The position numbers were made by a program, and so were the translations under genes. From Octopus bimaculoides (Eukaryota): a stretch of DNA of 64,000 nt. Every line of letters starts with the position of its first letter. Position 1 is the first letter of the stretch. The notes beneath the pieces are model-generated. The model did no database searches. It was not told the DNA's origin and saw only the letters and a list, made by a program, of their open reading frames with translations. The stretch spans positions 40,609,399-40,673,398 of the forward strand of contig NC_068990.1 in NCBI RefSeq assembly GCF_001194135.2, in the 5' to 3' direction. Positions 50,224-64,000 of this stretch are shown here, piece by piece.

Positions 50224-52317
50224 GCATGCATGTATGTATACACACACGCATATTTATTTTGTTAATCACCTTACCTTCCTAAGAGGATGATAACTTCAGA
50301 ATTCCATAGTTTTTGTCTGAGTGTGTGTTTATATGCATATGTGAATTTCATCCTTCTATCTTTAGTCATGGAAGCGTAGCTCACATCAATCTACAAAGTA
50401 CTTTTTCTTCTAGATTATAGTTATATGTGATGTTCTATAACTTGGACCACATTTCCGTTTTGGGTAAGCCATTTTTTCTCCATTTACTTCCAGTTCCTTT
50501 TTCCTCTAGCTCTTTGTTGAATTACAGGACAATCTTTGATGGACTTCTTACTCTTTTACACAACTGATAACATTTCAAGATACTTTTCTTAGTTTAGTTT
50601 CCAAACTGGATATCTTGATGTGTTGCTTATCTCCCCATCTCCCTCCCATTATTTCTCTTCTTTTTCTGTTGTCATTTGTGTAGAATTTAATTTATGTGAT
50701 ATATCAAATAGTTTATCAATTGTTTTTACCTGCTTTCTTTAAGCATTCTCTATGTTGAGGTGGGTAGAGTACTTTTAAAATGTTCTTGACACTGCTGTTC
50801 CATGAGTAAGATTTAATAAGTGGGGGGAGGGGGTCATAGATTTTCTCTTGAAAAGGAGAGAAGTTGTGGCAAATTATTTTTAGGAAACTCTCTTAATCTT
50901 TGATAATTTGTTTGATGGGGATAACACAAAAACAAAGAAATTCTTAATATTTATCGTGAAGGAGCAATAAAGAGTCTGGAAAACATCGAGTTTGTAGAGG
51001 TTTTAAATACAGTGCCCGGATGATATAACAATATGTGATAGCCTCTTTGAACTCGATGTATTTCTTAAACTTTGCTTGCTTTCTGCTTGATAAGTGTTAT
51101 TAATCAATCTGATGCCCTGTACTCCTCACCCTCTGAAATTGATTTTTCCCCACTCCTTTAAAAGAATATTATATCTGTTCTTTTGGATGCACATCTAAAG
51201 AATTGTAACAGTTTCAAAAATGTTCTCAAATTTCTGTGTACCATTTTTAATGAAAGTTTGTAACCCGGAAATGCAAGGTAGAAACTTCTTCCCAAATATG
51301 TTATTTTTCTCAGTTGCAGAGGACTTTCCTGATTTATATTCCCCATAACCCTGCCAAATGTTAATTCTGGTTTTGTTAATAACATAATATGCAAGAGTTT
51401 CCATATTTTTCTTGTATCATATTTAGCTCTTATACATACATACATACACATAGTTGTGTATGTATGTATCTAAGCACTATTCTTAAATGTTGATGTTTAC
51501 AAGATTCATCAGTAATCCTGTATAGTGCTGCTACCCTATAAAAAGAATTAATTGTTCCACTTACAGGAAAGTCCTCTCTATCTTAGAAATTTACATGTCA
51601 ACAAGAGCCGAACATGGGCTAATGAGATATACAAGGTGTTCTAAATTGCTCACCAACTAAAAGCGTGATGGAAATATATCTAGAGCAATTGGCAACTCCT
51701 GTTTTCTCGTTCATTGATTTTGTTTTGTTCAGATAGATATAATTAATATCAGATATGTTATTTCTATATGAATGAAAAAAAGTGTTAAATTTTTTCTCAC
51801 ATCTATAACACATATGTATGTATTTTACCCTTTGTTTTCAAATTTTTTGTCTAGTTTAAAACATAATTCCCCCAAATCTTCAATCATGTGTATATTTGGA
51901 ATTGTCACACCTGTTATGTGTGCTTGTCCCTTGCCTCCACTACTCTGCCCTGCATAATGGTTAGAACATTTCCCACATAATTTTATTACAGTTATCATGA
52001 AAAATAGTTTGTTTTCTTTTTAAGCAAGTTAAATTTAGAAGTTCTTTTAATTATTATTTTTTTTTTTTTTGCTGTTTTATTATACATATACACACCTACA
52101 CACACTTGTACATTTGTGTGTGTGTGTTTGTGTTTTATATATATATAGATATATATAAATATATATATATATACATATATATATAAAGTGTTGCAAAATA
52201 TTTGAAGTTGCTTTTCTTGTTGTTGTTGGTTTTCTTTTCTGAATCATAGATTTTTTTTAATGATTGGCTCTGTTGTCTCATCATTATTTATTTTTGTCTT
52301 TGTAAAATGATGATTTT

Positions 52318-52351
<34 letters not shown>

Positions 52352-53065
52352 TATTTGCTGGAATCAATCCCTTGTAATATAAATAGAACAGAACAGTACT
52401 GTATCCTTGCAGTGCCCTCTGATAGAAACAGTGACAACTTTGGTTGATCTCAGATTTCCAAATGACTGACCAATCATCCAGCAACATACTGACATTCATA
52501 GGCTAAATATTTTTTTTGGTTTTTTTTTGTGTTTTTTTTTTGTGGCAGTGGTGGGGTGTCTTCATTTTACCTCTGTACATTGGTATGGTGAAATGGATTC
52601 AGGCGGGCATAGAATCAAAGACCTTCTTTCAGTTGCAATCATTCTTTTCCTAAGTATAACAAGCAAAAAAGAAAAAAAATGAAAACCAACAAAGTATTGA
52701 TCCTATATAATTCCTTGAAATTTATTATGATGGTAAGCTTATTCAGTAAAGTAAATCTGTCACCTGCTTTCAATTTCCATCCTGTCTACTTTCAGAAAGT
52801 ACGTTTCTTAATTAAAAGGGCTAAGTTATGTTAATTATCCTGTTATCTATATTTCCTAAGGATGAGGTATGATCACTGTACACTAATGGTGCTTATTAAA
52901 CTTACCCTCATACTTCTTTCTTTGGCATAATTTTGAAAGAAAAATATTGGAATCCTTAGAAAATTTGTTGGATACGGAGTATCATTGGAAATATTTTGCT
53001 TAAAAGTGGTCCCTAATCAATCCTTTGCTACATGTATGAAATGTGCTTGTTTGTTTTTTATGCAT

Positions 53066-53109
<44 letters not shown>

Positions 53110-53893
53110 CATGTGTGTGTGTATTGTGAGAGTGTAAATACATATAACATCAAGTCTTTTATTAGCATCACTACTAGCTCACCTAATTACATAAAACATT
53201 ATTTTGGGGATTATTATACCATATATTAGCTCATTCTTTTTTAAAACACAAATGTATTGTGTTCTCTGTGTTGCAACCATAGGTGTCAGTTTATGTATTG
53301 TTTATATAAGAGGAGAAAATGTTTGTTGACGAAGCTGACTTTTAGCAGACGCTTAGTAAGCGTCATATTTCGTTCAGGCTGCTAAGATAGAAAATATTCT
53401 ACAAAGCTTCATTTCTTTCAATGCCTCAGGATGCAGTTCTGACTTTTGTCCTGGTTTTCTGTATTTGTGTTGGTGAGTTTCATTCTGGACTTTCAAGTTT
53501 CTACTGTCAGTCCAGTTTAAGAATGAGTTATGTATGTTTGCTTATTAGTTCTCTTCAAAATTTTTACTTGGGTGATGGATAGAGTCCGTTCAAGAACATT
53601 TCTGTTACCAGAAAATGCCTAAATACAATACGACACCTTCATCTTGCTCATGGTTTTTTACAATTTGATGGTAAATATAATTTTTTAATTTAGTTTTCTT
53701 GTTTTTAACAGACTATTTTTATTAAATTTTGTAAGTATAGACATAAAAAATATTCAGTCTTTGATATCTTTGCCTGCCCCTCCAAGAAAAAATACTAATA
53801 TATTCTTTTGGATTATATATTTATTTCCATCTATTATTAGTAAAAGGTTAAAATAAAAATTAAAGCAACAAAATGTATATGAATATATATGTA

Positions 53894-53942
<49 letters not shown>

Positions 53943-54692
53943 NNNNNNNNNNNNNNNNNNNNNNNNNNNNNNNNNNNNNNNNNNNNNNNNNNNNNNNNNN
54001 NNNNNNNNNNNNNNNNNNNNNNNNNNNNNNNNNNNNNNNNNNNNNNNNNNNNNNNNNNNNNNNNNNNNNNNNNNNNNNNNNNNNNNNNNNNNNNNNNNNN
54101 NNNNNNNNNNNNNNNNNNNNNNNNNNNNNNNNNNNNNNNNNNNNNNNNNNNNNNNNNNNNNNNNNNNNNNNNNNNNNNNNNNNNNNNNNNNNNNNNNNNN
54201 NNNNNNNNNNNNNNNNNNNNNNNNNNNNNNNNNNNNNNNNNNNNNNNNNNNNNNNNNNNNNNNNNNNNNNNNNNNNNNNNNNNNNNNNNNNNNNNNNNNN
54301 NNNNNNNNNNNNNNNNNNNNNNNNNNNNNNNNNNNNNNNNNNNNNNNNNNNNNNNNNNNNNNNNNNNNNNNNNNNNNNNNNNNNNNNNNNNNNNNNNNNN
54401 NNNNNNNNNNNNNNNNNNNNNNNNNNNNNNNNNNNNNNNNNNNNNNNNNNNNNNNNNNNNNNNNNNNNNNNNNNNNNNNNNNNNNNNNNNNNNNNNNNNN
54501 NNNNNNNNNNNNNNNNNNNNNNNNNNNNNNNNNNNNNNNNCCTCACCCTTTTATTCCTTCTTTAATTAAAGAAGCTAACAATTAAATCAGAGCTCAAAAT
54601 GCAGTATTTTTACTATTTTGTTACTAATAAATATATTAATAAATGTATGTTTTCATCAACATGTTCATAAACAGTATGTATGTATGTATGTA

Positions 54693-54760
<68 letters not shown>

Positions 54761-56659
54761 TACACATACATATATACACATACTATACATATATACATAC
54801 ATGTACACACGCGTGTGTGTGTGTGGATGTGTTAAAAAATAAAGAAAAAAGCTAACATTCTCAAACTACCTCAGCCATTTTTGCTTAGATGTTATTTCAA
54901 TCATTATTATTATTATTATTATTACTATTATTATCATTATCATTATCTTTTCTTTTATAAATATTCATCAGGCTGTGAATCGAATATTTAGATTTTTATG
55001 GCCTTAAGAAAGCCAGAGGCTTATATTTATTACCTTATTCTCGAGAAGAGACCTGGACATCAATTGCAATAGCTGCAGTCAGTTTTAATTGTATACCTGT
55101 TTAATTCATCATGAATTTAGATATGCAATTGTTCCTTTCTCTTCTATCATGAAAAGTTTTTTAAGATATCCATTGGCTATTCCTCCAATCCCATTTTATC
55201 TATTAGTCAATCACTTGAGAGAGTTAGAATGTTCTGTCTATATCTTACTAATTTGTACCTTAGATTAATCCAGATAATGCGACAAAATTGTTAGGTGACA
55301 TTTTTTAGTATTTTTTTTCTCTCCTCCTCCTTTTTAAAAATTATGTCTATCCATTAATTGTTTCTAGTGTATATGTTAATTTCTATTTGTTTGTTTGGGG
55401 TCATTCATTTAATCACTGACCCTATTTTAATGTTTAGTAATATTACAAACATAACGCTTCTTAAGATTACTGCTCTCAGTAAGAATTATATAATTATAGA
55501 CATATAGTCTAATGTTTTAAAAGTATATTTTTATTTTATTTTAATATCAATCAAAAGAAAAGTTATATATAAACAAATAAAAGATAATCAAGTCTTGTTT
55601 AAATAACAACAAAAAAAGTAAATATATAAAAAGGAAATTTCTTAATTTAGAAAAAGTGTCCTCAGATGTAAATATAGTTATGAACCTCTACTTAAATGAA
55701 AAGATGTGACTTTCCCTCTTGTATTCTTATTTTTATTTATTTATTTTTAATCTTTCTCTTATAAATTCTTGCAAAAAAAAGAATGTTGTAGAATACAAGG
55801 AAAGGAGATTCCTAATATTGCTGGATGGTTTGTCGTCTAAACTTTCTCAACCTCTCTCTCTCTCTCTCTCTCTCATATTTCCTTCAGTTTGTATACCTTA
55901 ATTTATTAACCATTCTTGATTTTTTTACTTTCCTTTTTGATTTCATTTTTTTTTTTTCTCAAAACACCTCTTTTGTTAAACTGGAAATATTGTAGAATTA
56001 TTATTATAATTATTATTATTATTATTATTACTACTACTACTACTATTATATTTTTCAATTTCTTCAAAGAATTTTCAGTGCAAGTTGTCACTCCTGACAT
56101 TACTGTTCTGTGTTGAAAGGGAAAAATTTCATTAAGAAAAATGGTGTTTTATTCTTATTATTTTTAAAGAGAAAATAAAAGCCCAAAAAGCTAAGCCTTC
56201 ACTGTGTAGGGAGAAGGAACACCAAGTGCCATTAAACTGTGTAGTATGGTGACGACTTTTATTGTAATCCCCTCCCCAGGTCGTTCCCTAATTTATAGTA
56301 GCGTGAAATTTTGCTTTTTATCCATTGATTTATTTTGGATTCTTATAATTTTCCAATATACCTCTAAATCCTCTCCATTTATTTATTTTTTTCTTTTTTT
56401 TTGTCTCATATTTTATTTAAATTTTATGATTTCAAGAAAAAAACACTTATTTTCTTTTTGAATCTTCATATTAAAAACTAACAAAAAAATTTGTTTTGTG
56501 TATGATGTATGTGTAAACTTTTTTTTATCATCTCTCTTTTTCTCCCTTTCCACCCCATTGTCATTTCTTCCTCGCATATTTGTACAGCATTACCTTTATA
56601 ACACACCCTGCTCCCCACATTTTTTTTTTGTAATAATTCAAATCTCCTTTCTTACTCTC

Positions 56660-56691
<32 letters not shown>

Positions 56692-59600
56692 GGTGTTTGT
56701 GTGTAAAACCTCATGTAGAATACTAAAATAAGCAATTGTTTATATACATGCATATGTAAATGTATGCATGAGGAATATCAAATTGTCAGTATTTTAAACT
56801 TGCAATTAATATTTTTTAGTAGTTATTTGAATTTAAACATGACAGTAAAATACGAAAGTTTTTAAACTCAGAATATGCACATATTAGCTGTTAGAATCCT
56901 GTCAGAATACTGCGCTATCATTTTTACTGAAATACCAATTCTTAACTATGCCAATACAGAGTCTTTGTCTTCTGTACTCTGCAAGAAAGAGTTAAACTAA
57001 ACTCTTTTCACCTGGCAGGAATAGGTTTCTTCTTTCATGTAAGACCATCTTTTGATGGGTTTCAACTAGCAACAGCTCTCACCAAGGCCATCTTTATATT
57101 TTTTAGTATCAGCTGGCAAAATGATGCTGACAGTCTATCAGTTTATCCAGGTTACCATCTAAGTAATAATGAAGCTGGATATTATTTAGCTTTCAGTGGT
57201 TAACATAGAACCAGTGATACACTCTGCTATTGAAGAAGTTCCCTTTGACTTTACTGGAATTTTCTTATATTTTTTCAATTTTGAAGCTTTTGTTTTAGAA
57301 GTTGCAAGATATTTGAAATGAAGCCTGAAATGCATCATTGTTTTATTAAATTACTTGGAGATAGTTATTCTTTAAAAGAATTCTCTGCTCCAACCTTATA
57401 AATTATATAGTTTAAACTGCAAGTGGTCATTTACCTTAATATTACATTGTTCTAATTAGCTTAACTCTCCACTCTTGTATTGCAGAAATAGATTATTGTG
57501 TATAAGAATAAATTTTGATAGCATTATTGGGGATAGACTAATTCTCTCTATTATACTTTATTTTCAAATGCCCCTTCTGCCTTTTAATGCTTTATCATTT
57601 CCATTTGATTCCCATCTGTATGGTTGCTTTCATTTCTTGAAGCATATGTATATTTGTGTTTAAATGTTTACCTATTCTTTAATATGTACGTTCATATATG
57701 TGTATGATTATGTTATTATGCACATACTTGCACTTATGTATGTGTGTAAGACTTGTTAACTGAAAAATAAAAATGAAGAGAGAGAGAAAGAGAATAAATT
57801 TTTATTTTAAAATTGAGAAAGATGATATTTGATGTTTGAGAGAAACGAAAACAACAACAGAACAACAACAACCCCCTCTTTTCATTATTGTTTATTTTAT
57901 TATTGTTGTCAATGTTCCATACATGATAAAAGAAAGACACATAGGACTTGATTTTAATGGTACCAATTTGTAAAAAATGAAAAAAAAAGAAAAGTGAATA
58001 AAATGAATAAAAACAACTAACAAAACAAAACAGTTGAATTAAATTTTTTTCTTTAAAAAAAAGCAGAATCTAGTCAGAATATTATTTTAGAACATGTTTT
58101 AGTGCTATTACCAGATATAATGATAAAGTTTATCAGAAAATTGCAAACATTTATCAGAATCATTATCATTAATTAGTAATGTCCTTATGAAACACTAACC
58201 TTATTTTTCAGTTACATCTGTCATTTCGTGTATGTGTCTTAAAGAAAAACAAAAAGTAACACGCTATTAATTTATTTTATCAGTTCAGTTTTTTAAAAGT
58301 GTCCATTATCATTGCTGTCTTTATATCACTGCTACCTTTATATCTTTGTTTGATTTTTATTTCAAAACTTAGTTAAATTTTGTTCAGTTAATTTATTAGC
58401 AATTTCACCATCATGTTTTACTTGCTGTTGCTTTTATAGGATAGATTAGAAACACTTCAATTTAACATTTAGATAGCATTCTCATTATTTTTCTTGTAGT
58501 TTCTGTTTCACTTTCATTATGATTTAAGTTTTTCAGCATGTTCAGGCAGTGTCATTTTATGTTATATTCATAATTTATATAGTAACTATGTACTTGTGTG
58601 TGTCTGCTTATTCTTATGACATTATCATCTCTATTCTTTTTCCACTGAAAGTCTATTTATCATTCACAATTTTCTACCATTTATGTCCTAGTATCTTCCT
58701 TTTAGTTATGATGTGTGTTTTCAGCTATACACACCCCCTCTTTTTTTTTATATTTAATGTATATTAGAAATAATTAAACATTCCTCTCTCCTTCCCTGCT
58801 CCTCAAATTAGAAATTTTCCTTGATACATAGATATATACAAATAAAATTTCGCTTGTCTTTCAGTATAATTTTAATGAATCTAGTTTTATCTGATATTGG
58901 CACTTCACAGTAAGAAACTCCCAATATTCCTTGACCTCACAAAAAATTACTTCTGTTCTTATTGGGAATTATGTGGATGTGAGAAAGAGGGTTAAAGTAT
59001 ATGATATAATTAGCCAGTCATCTTTCATTGAACTTCATCCTAAATAAAATTTCTTTCATCTCTGGCTCTCATTCCCCTTGTACAGTAACATAAATTGAAT
59101 ATTAAACACACACACCAAAAAGAAAACAATTTTTTGTTAAATCAAGACTTATATTATGTATGTGGGTGTGTATGTATATATATATATATATAATTATATA
59201 TATATATTATATATATAAATTATATATATATATGTGTGTATATATATATATNNNNNNNNNNNNNNNNNNNNNNNNNNNNNNNNNNNNNNNNNNNNNNNNN
59301 NNNNNNNNNNNNNNNNNNNNNNNNNNNNNNNNNNNNNNNNNNNNNNNNNNNNNNNNNNNNNNNNNNNNNNNNNNNNNNNNNNNNNNNNNNNNNNNNNNNN
59401 NNNNNNNNNNNNNNNNNNNNNNNNNNNNNNNNNNNNNNNNNNNNNNNNNNNNNNNNNNNNNNNNNNNNNNNNNNNNNNNNNNNNNNNNNNNNNNNNNNNN
59501 NNNNNNNNNNNNNNNNNNNNNNNNNNNNNNNNNNNNNNNNNNNNNNNNNNNNNNNNNNNNNNNNNNNNNNNNNNNNNNNNNNNNNNNNNNNNNNNNNNNN

Positions 59601-60576
59601 NNNNNNNNNNNNNNNNNNNNNNNNNNNNNNNNNNNNNNNNNNNNNNNNNNNNNNNNNNNNNNNNNNNNNNNNNNNNNNNNNNNNNNNNNNNNNNNNNNNN
59701 NNNNNNNNNNNNNNNNNNNNNNNNNNNNNNNNNNNNNNNNNNNNNNNNNNNNNNNNNNNNNNNNNNNNNNNNNNNNNNNNNNNNNNNNNNNNNNNNNNNN
59801 NNNNNNNNNNNNNNNNNNNNNNNNNNNNNNNNNNNNNNNNNNNNNNNNNNNNNNNNNNNNNNNNNNNNNNNNNNNNNNNNNNNNNNNNNNNNNNNNNNNN
59901 NNNNNNNNNNNNNNNNNNNNNNNNNNNNNNNNNNNNNNNNNNNNNNNNNNNNNNNNNNNNNNNNNNNNNNNNNNNNNNNNNNNNNNNNNNNNNNNNNNNN
60001 NNNNNNNNNNNNNNNNNNNNNNNNNNNNNNNNNNNNNNNNNNNNNNNNNNNNNNNNNNNNNNNNNNNNNNNNNNNNNNNNNNNNNNNNNNNNNNNNNNNN
60101 NNNNNNNNNNNNNNNNNNNNNNNNNNNNNNNNNNNNNNNNNNNNNNNATTATGTATATTATATATATTATGCATTATATATATATATAATTATATCTATG
60201 TATTAAATAGATATGCATATTATATATACAAATATGCATATTATATATATATATAATATAATAGATTATATTTATATATATATTATAGATTATATTTATA
60301 TATTATATATATTACATTTATATATAATATATATGTACGTGTGTGTATATATGTGTGTGCGTTTGCAACCAGAAGCTAGTGTGTGCGTGTGTCTGTGTGT
60401 ATGCATACACATATACATACACACACACATGTATATATATATGTATATATATAGCATTGTCACTAGTTAACCTTCTGTTTGGCAAAGATGCCAAACCAAT
60501 GGTGCTTGTATCATGTATGAGTGTGTATATGTGTGAGTGTATGTATTTGTGTGTGTGTATATATATATATATATAA

Positions 60577-60613
<37 letters not shown>

Positions 60614-62124
60614 ATGATTTGAACTTGATTTTTTATGTATTGGATAAAATATCCCTTTTGCTGGTAGATAAATAAAGCATTCAGATGGCATCATGCATAA
60701 GTCTGTCTTGTTGTTTCTGGGTTTGGTTCTCTTATATGTTGTAACATCTTTGTTTCCTTGAAGAATTCCCTTCTTATTACCTGTAGAATCTTAACTACAT
60801 GAAGCATCATGAATTAAATAAACTATCACACAAATTCATATTTTTTATCCATTAAATGTGTTAATATTGTTCATCTTTAATGTGTACTATACAATATTAA
60901 AATCTACTGATTTTCTATTTTAACTCTTTTCTAGGTTTTTTTAATATCAGTAAATGCCCTTTCATAAATCATATTATACAGAGTAGCATTGTGAATTAGT
61001 GTCTTTGAAAGAAATTAATTTTTTTGCTGATTATGGACTAGACACATAAAGTTCCAACTGTCTGAAAGTAACTTGGACCTTGCACAAAGATGTATTTTTG
61101 TGGCTGACAAATGGCTGAGAGTTGAAAAATAACTTCAATTCAAAATATGAAAAAAAAACATTTGATATGAATATATAGAAACATCACAATGTTGCTATAT
61201 TTCACCTTCATTATCGCTAAAATCATAATGAAACGTGAATTAGGGAGGAATATTGCACATCGATAAATCGGAATAACTTCACAAACTATGTTAATATCCT
61301 TTGTATATGCCTTAAGATTAAGAAGTCAGTTTTTAAAATTTTGCATTTCATCATTGATTTAATTTATCTTAATTAAACTGTTATAGATGGTCATATTTTT
61401 AACTTGCTGGTCTGCATGCTTACCAATATGAAACACTGCTGATAGCATTCTTCAGATTTTCTTCATAAATTATTTCTTGTTCCTCTTTATTTTGACTAGT
61501 TTTGTTTGTCTTGTTTTATTTTTACCTATAATTTCCCTCAATACATTACTTGGTAACCAGTGAGTAGCACATGCATTCATGCAATTATAGCACAGTGCAT
61601 ACATAACTATACATGCAGTAGTAACCACAGGCTCAAATTGGTTGAGTTGTGTAAGATTCAGAATGTCTTGCAATAACTATTGCAGCTAAACTTTCATTTT
61701 TCATTACTTTGGGGCTCTATAAAAAAAATGTACATGTCAGGGTGGTAGTTTAGCATAGTGTTTAGTGTCAGATGACAGGTCCTTTCAGTGTCTGCTTTGT
61801 TTCTACCATACTAAGTTCAAATCTTGCTTCCTATCATCTGAAAAAGAAAGGGCCCTATAAAAGTGATGAAAAATCTAGGAAGTCCTCTAGTTGCCAATAC
61901 ACCAACTAGCAGGAGAGAATGCAAGGAGACCTTCAAATTTTGTATACTCAATGGTAAAGGCAGGAGTAACAGGAGCTATGTTTGGTTTGTACAAAGAAGA
62001 GAATAGTCATGCTTAGGTGTATATGTTAATTCCCAAAAATCACATTATTGCTATTGAGTTTCCTACAATTAATTTGTGATTATGTGATGTATGATTTAAT
62101 TGAAATCAGTATGATTTAAATGAG

Positions 62125-63285
62125 TGTAGGTGTGGTTCATTAAAGATTTTCCCCAACCCACTTTGGACAGGGATAAAGAAGACCTGACATAATTATTAGT
62201 CCTCTACATAGCCACCACCAATGGTGATACACTTCTCCCATCGTTTTATGCAGCTGTGAAGATCTCGTCCGTGGAAGTTGGTAGGTTGTGTCTGGAGCCA
62301 AGACATTACCTCAGAAATATGTTCATCATCATGTAAAAAGTGCTTCCCCTTCAAAAAAAGACTTCATGGTTGGAAAGAAGTGCAAGTTTGGGTGAGGAAG
62401 ATTTCATAGCCGCAGGAGTGTGCTTTCATCTGAGCAACATGCGCATTGTGAACTAGACATTGTCTTGGAGGAGGCAGACTCCTTTGGTCAGCATGCCACG
62501 CCTCTCTCTTTTGGTGGTGTCCTGCAATTTTTGTAGCAGAGAAGCATAATATGCCCTGTTAATTTAGTACCCTTTGCCAGAAAATCAATCATCACTACTC
62601 TGCATTGGTCCCAAAAGACTGTGAGCATCACCTTGCCTACTGAGGGTTGGACACGAGCTATTGGAGGTGGTGAGTTATCATGCTTCCATTGCTTTGATTG
62701 GATTTTAGTTTCAGGATCATAGAGGTCGATCCATGTTTCATCCCGTGTGATAAGTCCTCATTTTCTTTGCACATTGCCAAAAGAGCCTGGGAGCAATTTA
62801 CTTGTTCCTGCTTCTGAAAAGGTGTGAGCATCCAGGGAATCTATCGTGCAGACAACTTCTGCAAAATGGTCATGAATGGTTTTTCTCCACAGACCTTATA
62901 TTTATCTTCACTTCTTGGGCTAGTTGCTGTATAGTTATGCAGTGATCCTCCAAAATGGCAGCTTCCACTTTATGGATGGTGTTGTCATCAATGACGGAAT
63001 GTGGTTGTCCAGGAATAAGAGCAGTTTCCACCAACGGCAGTGCATTGTCACCATAAACTTATTTCATCTCATCAGAAGTCTCTTTTGATGTACAACATGT
63101 TGAGTATAAGAACTTGATCACTGATCTGCATTCAACTGTCTCCTTTATAACACCTTAGTCCATTTCAGAAAGCTGTAAAAGACAAACAGAGACTAGTGGA
63201 AAGTTACTATTTACAATGTGACGTGTAAAGACCCTGCAATAACTGGAAGTAGGTCAGGGGAAATCTTTAATGAACGTCTCTTGTA
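62125..63285 (-). mobile_element. Mariner (Tc1/mariner) element with degenerate terminal inverted repeats
   Basis: The TIR core gttcattaaagattt(t/c)ccc..acc at 62135-62158 matches the reverse complement of 63252-63275. The right end reads TACAAGAGACGTTCA on the minus strand. The repeats enclose a transposase pseudogene. Confidence 0.85.
62196..63163 (-). pseudogene. Mariner transposase pseudogene
   Basis: Minus strand reads MD*GVIKETVECRSVIKFL...VYGDNA...KLSAR*IPWMLTP...ITRDETWIDLYDPETKIQSKQW...GKVMLTVFWD...CLLQDN...LPHPNLHFFPTMK...RWEKCI..GGGYVED*. It has several stops and frameshifts, and the YSPDLAPxD block with the third catalytic Asp is deleted. Confidence 0.92.
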
Positions 63286-63308
63286 TGTACACAAACAAAC
63301 ATATAGAG

Positions 63309-63454
63309 CAGTTGTGAGCAAACTGCAGCCTGTGGAACTTTCTGAATTAGACACTGATGAAAAATTTCCTTGAATTTGTTTTAGTAGTGCAGCCCACCTG
63401 TTGATGAGTCATGTCACACATGGCCGACTTCTCAAAAAATATTACCCATGCCTG
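63309..63454. mobile_element. Non-autonomous hAT (Charlie/MER1-like) MITE
   Basis: Ends CAGTTGTGAGCAA...TTACCCATGCCTG resemble the CAGGGGTGGGCAA-type TIR. The flanks are 8-bp near-duplicates, ATATAGAG (63301-63308) and ATGTAGAG (63455-63462), typical of hAT target sites. Confidence 0.6.
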
Positions 63455-63650
63455 ATGTAGAGATTGAATCTAAGGGGAATGTTTTTGGCGTTTGAGATAC
63501 ATTGAGAATAATCAGAATGGTATTTCACTCATAAAATCCAATTTGGCTGTTGATATAAGCAAAGCCTCAGAGAATACCAGCAAAGTTTTGAAGAACTGTT
63601 ATTTAGCTTATCTTGCATTTGTTCTTATACCTAAGCACAAACTTAGAAAT

Positions 63651-64000
63651 GATAATAATAATAATCCTTTCTACTACAAGGATAAAGCCTAAAATTTGCT
63701 GGTGGGGAATTAATCAATTACATTGACCACAGTATTTGACTGGTATTTGTTTTGTTGACCCTGAAAGGATGAAAGGCAAAACCAACTTTGGTAGAATTTG
63801 AACTCAGGGCCATAATGAACTGAAAGAAATAACCACAGCATTTTTTCCAATACTAACAATTCTGCTGCCTCACTACCTTAAATAATTGTTTCAAATTTTG
63901 GCACAAGGTCAGCAGTTTCCCAACTCCAGTACTTGACTGTTACTTATTTTATCAACTCAGAAAAGGACAAAGTTGACCTTAGCAGAGTTTGAAACCAGAA
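63651..64000 (-). mobile_element. SINE family 1, two tandem minus-strand copies (63651-63880; 63881 to window end)
   Basis: (taa)n tcctttctac..aaatttg...gaaaggatgaaaggcaaa...aatttgaactcag...aattctgctgcctcactacctta, then a second tail aattgtttcaaattttggcacaagg. Confidence 0.82.

Noticed and set aside
50560-51420. Possible Penelope or LINE coding remnant on the minus strand
   Set aside because: Only a weak resemblance (PPPLIKSY..SVKNIL), with no RT or GIY-YIG motifs found.
53348-53364. GACGCTTA-G-TAAGCGTC palindrome
   Set aside because: A few 8-bp-arm palindromes are expected by chance in 64 kb.
1-64000. CRISPR arrays, rRNA genes or prokaryotic operons
   Set aside because: There is no regularly spaced repeat-spacer pattern, rRNA-like sequence or gene-dense region; the window is eukaryotic.

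Overview
AT-rich eukaryotic genomic DNA with dense (CA)n, (TA)n and (ATT)n microsatellites and seven N-gaps. The repeat content looks like an Octopus (coleoid cephalopod) genome; this comes from my recollection of the SINE consensus and was not searched. The only convincing protein-coding region is an intronless 5,007-bp ORF (32236-37242, +) encoding a 1,668-aa protein. It has 13 C2H2 zinc fingers (all Cx2Cx12Hx4H), an N-terminal RRKQxxP NuRD-type motif and long P/Q low-complexity tracts. A strong splice acceptor at 32064 is followed by a leader with six upstream ATGs, including a 55-codon uORF whose stop lies 1 nt before the main ATG. The rest is non-coding and holds more than 20 copies or fragments of a tRNA-derived SINE (often in tandem arrays or inverted pairs), two other retroposon families, a dead mariner, a dead hAT-like transposon and small MITEs. 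The best leads are the near-perfect 101-bp fold-back inversion inside the hAT-like remnant, the uORF-stop/main-ATG junction, the unusual repeated zinc fingers and a perfect 17+1+17 palindrome near the coding exon. I could not locate the transcription start or confirm upstream exons. All family names rest on motif recognition by eye.
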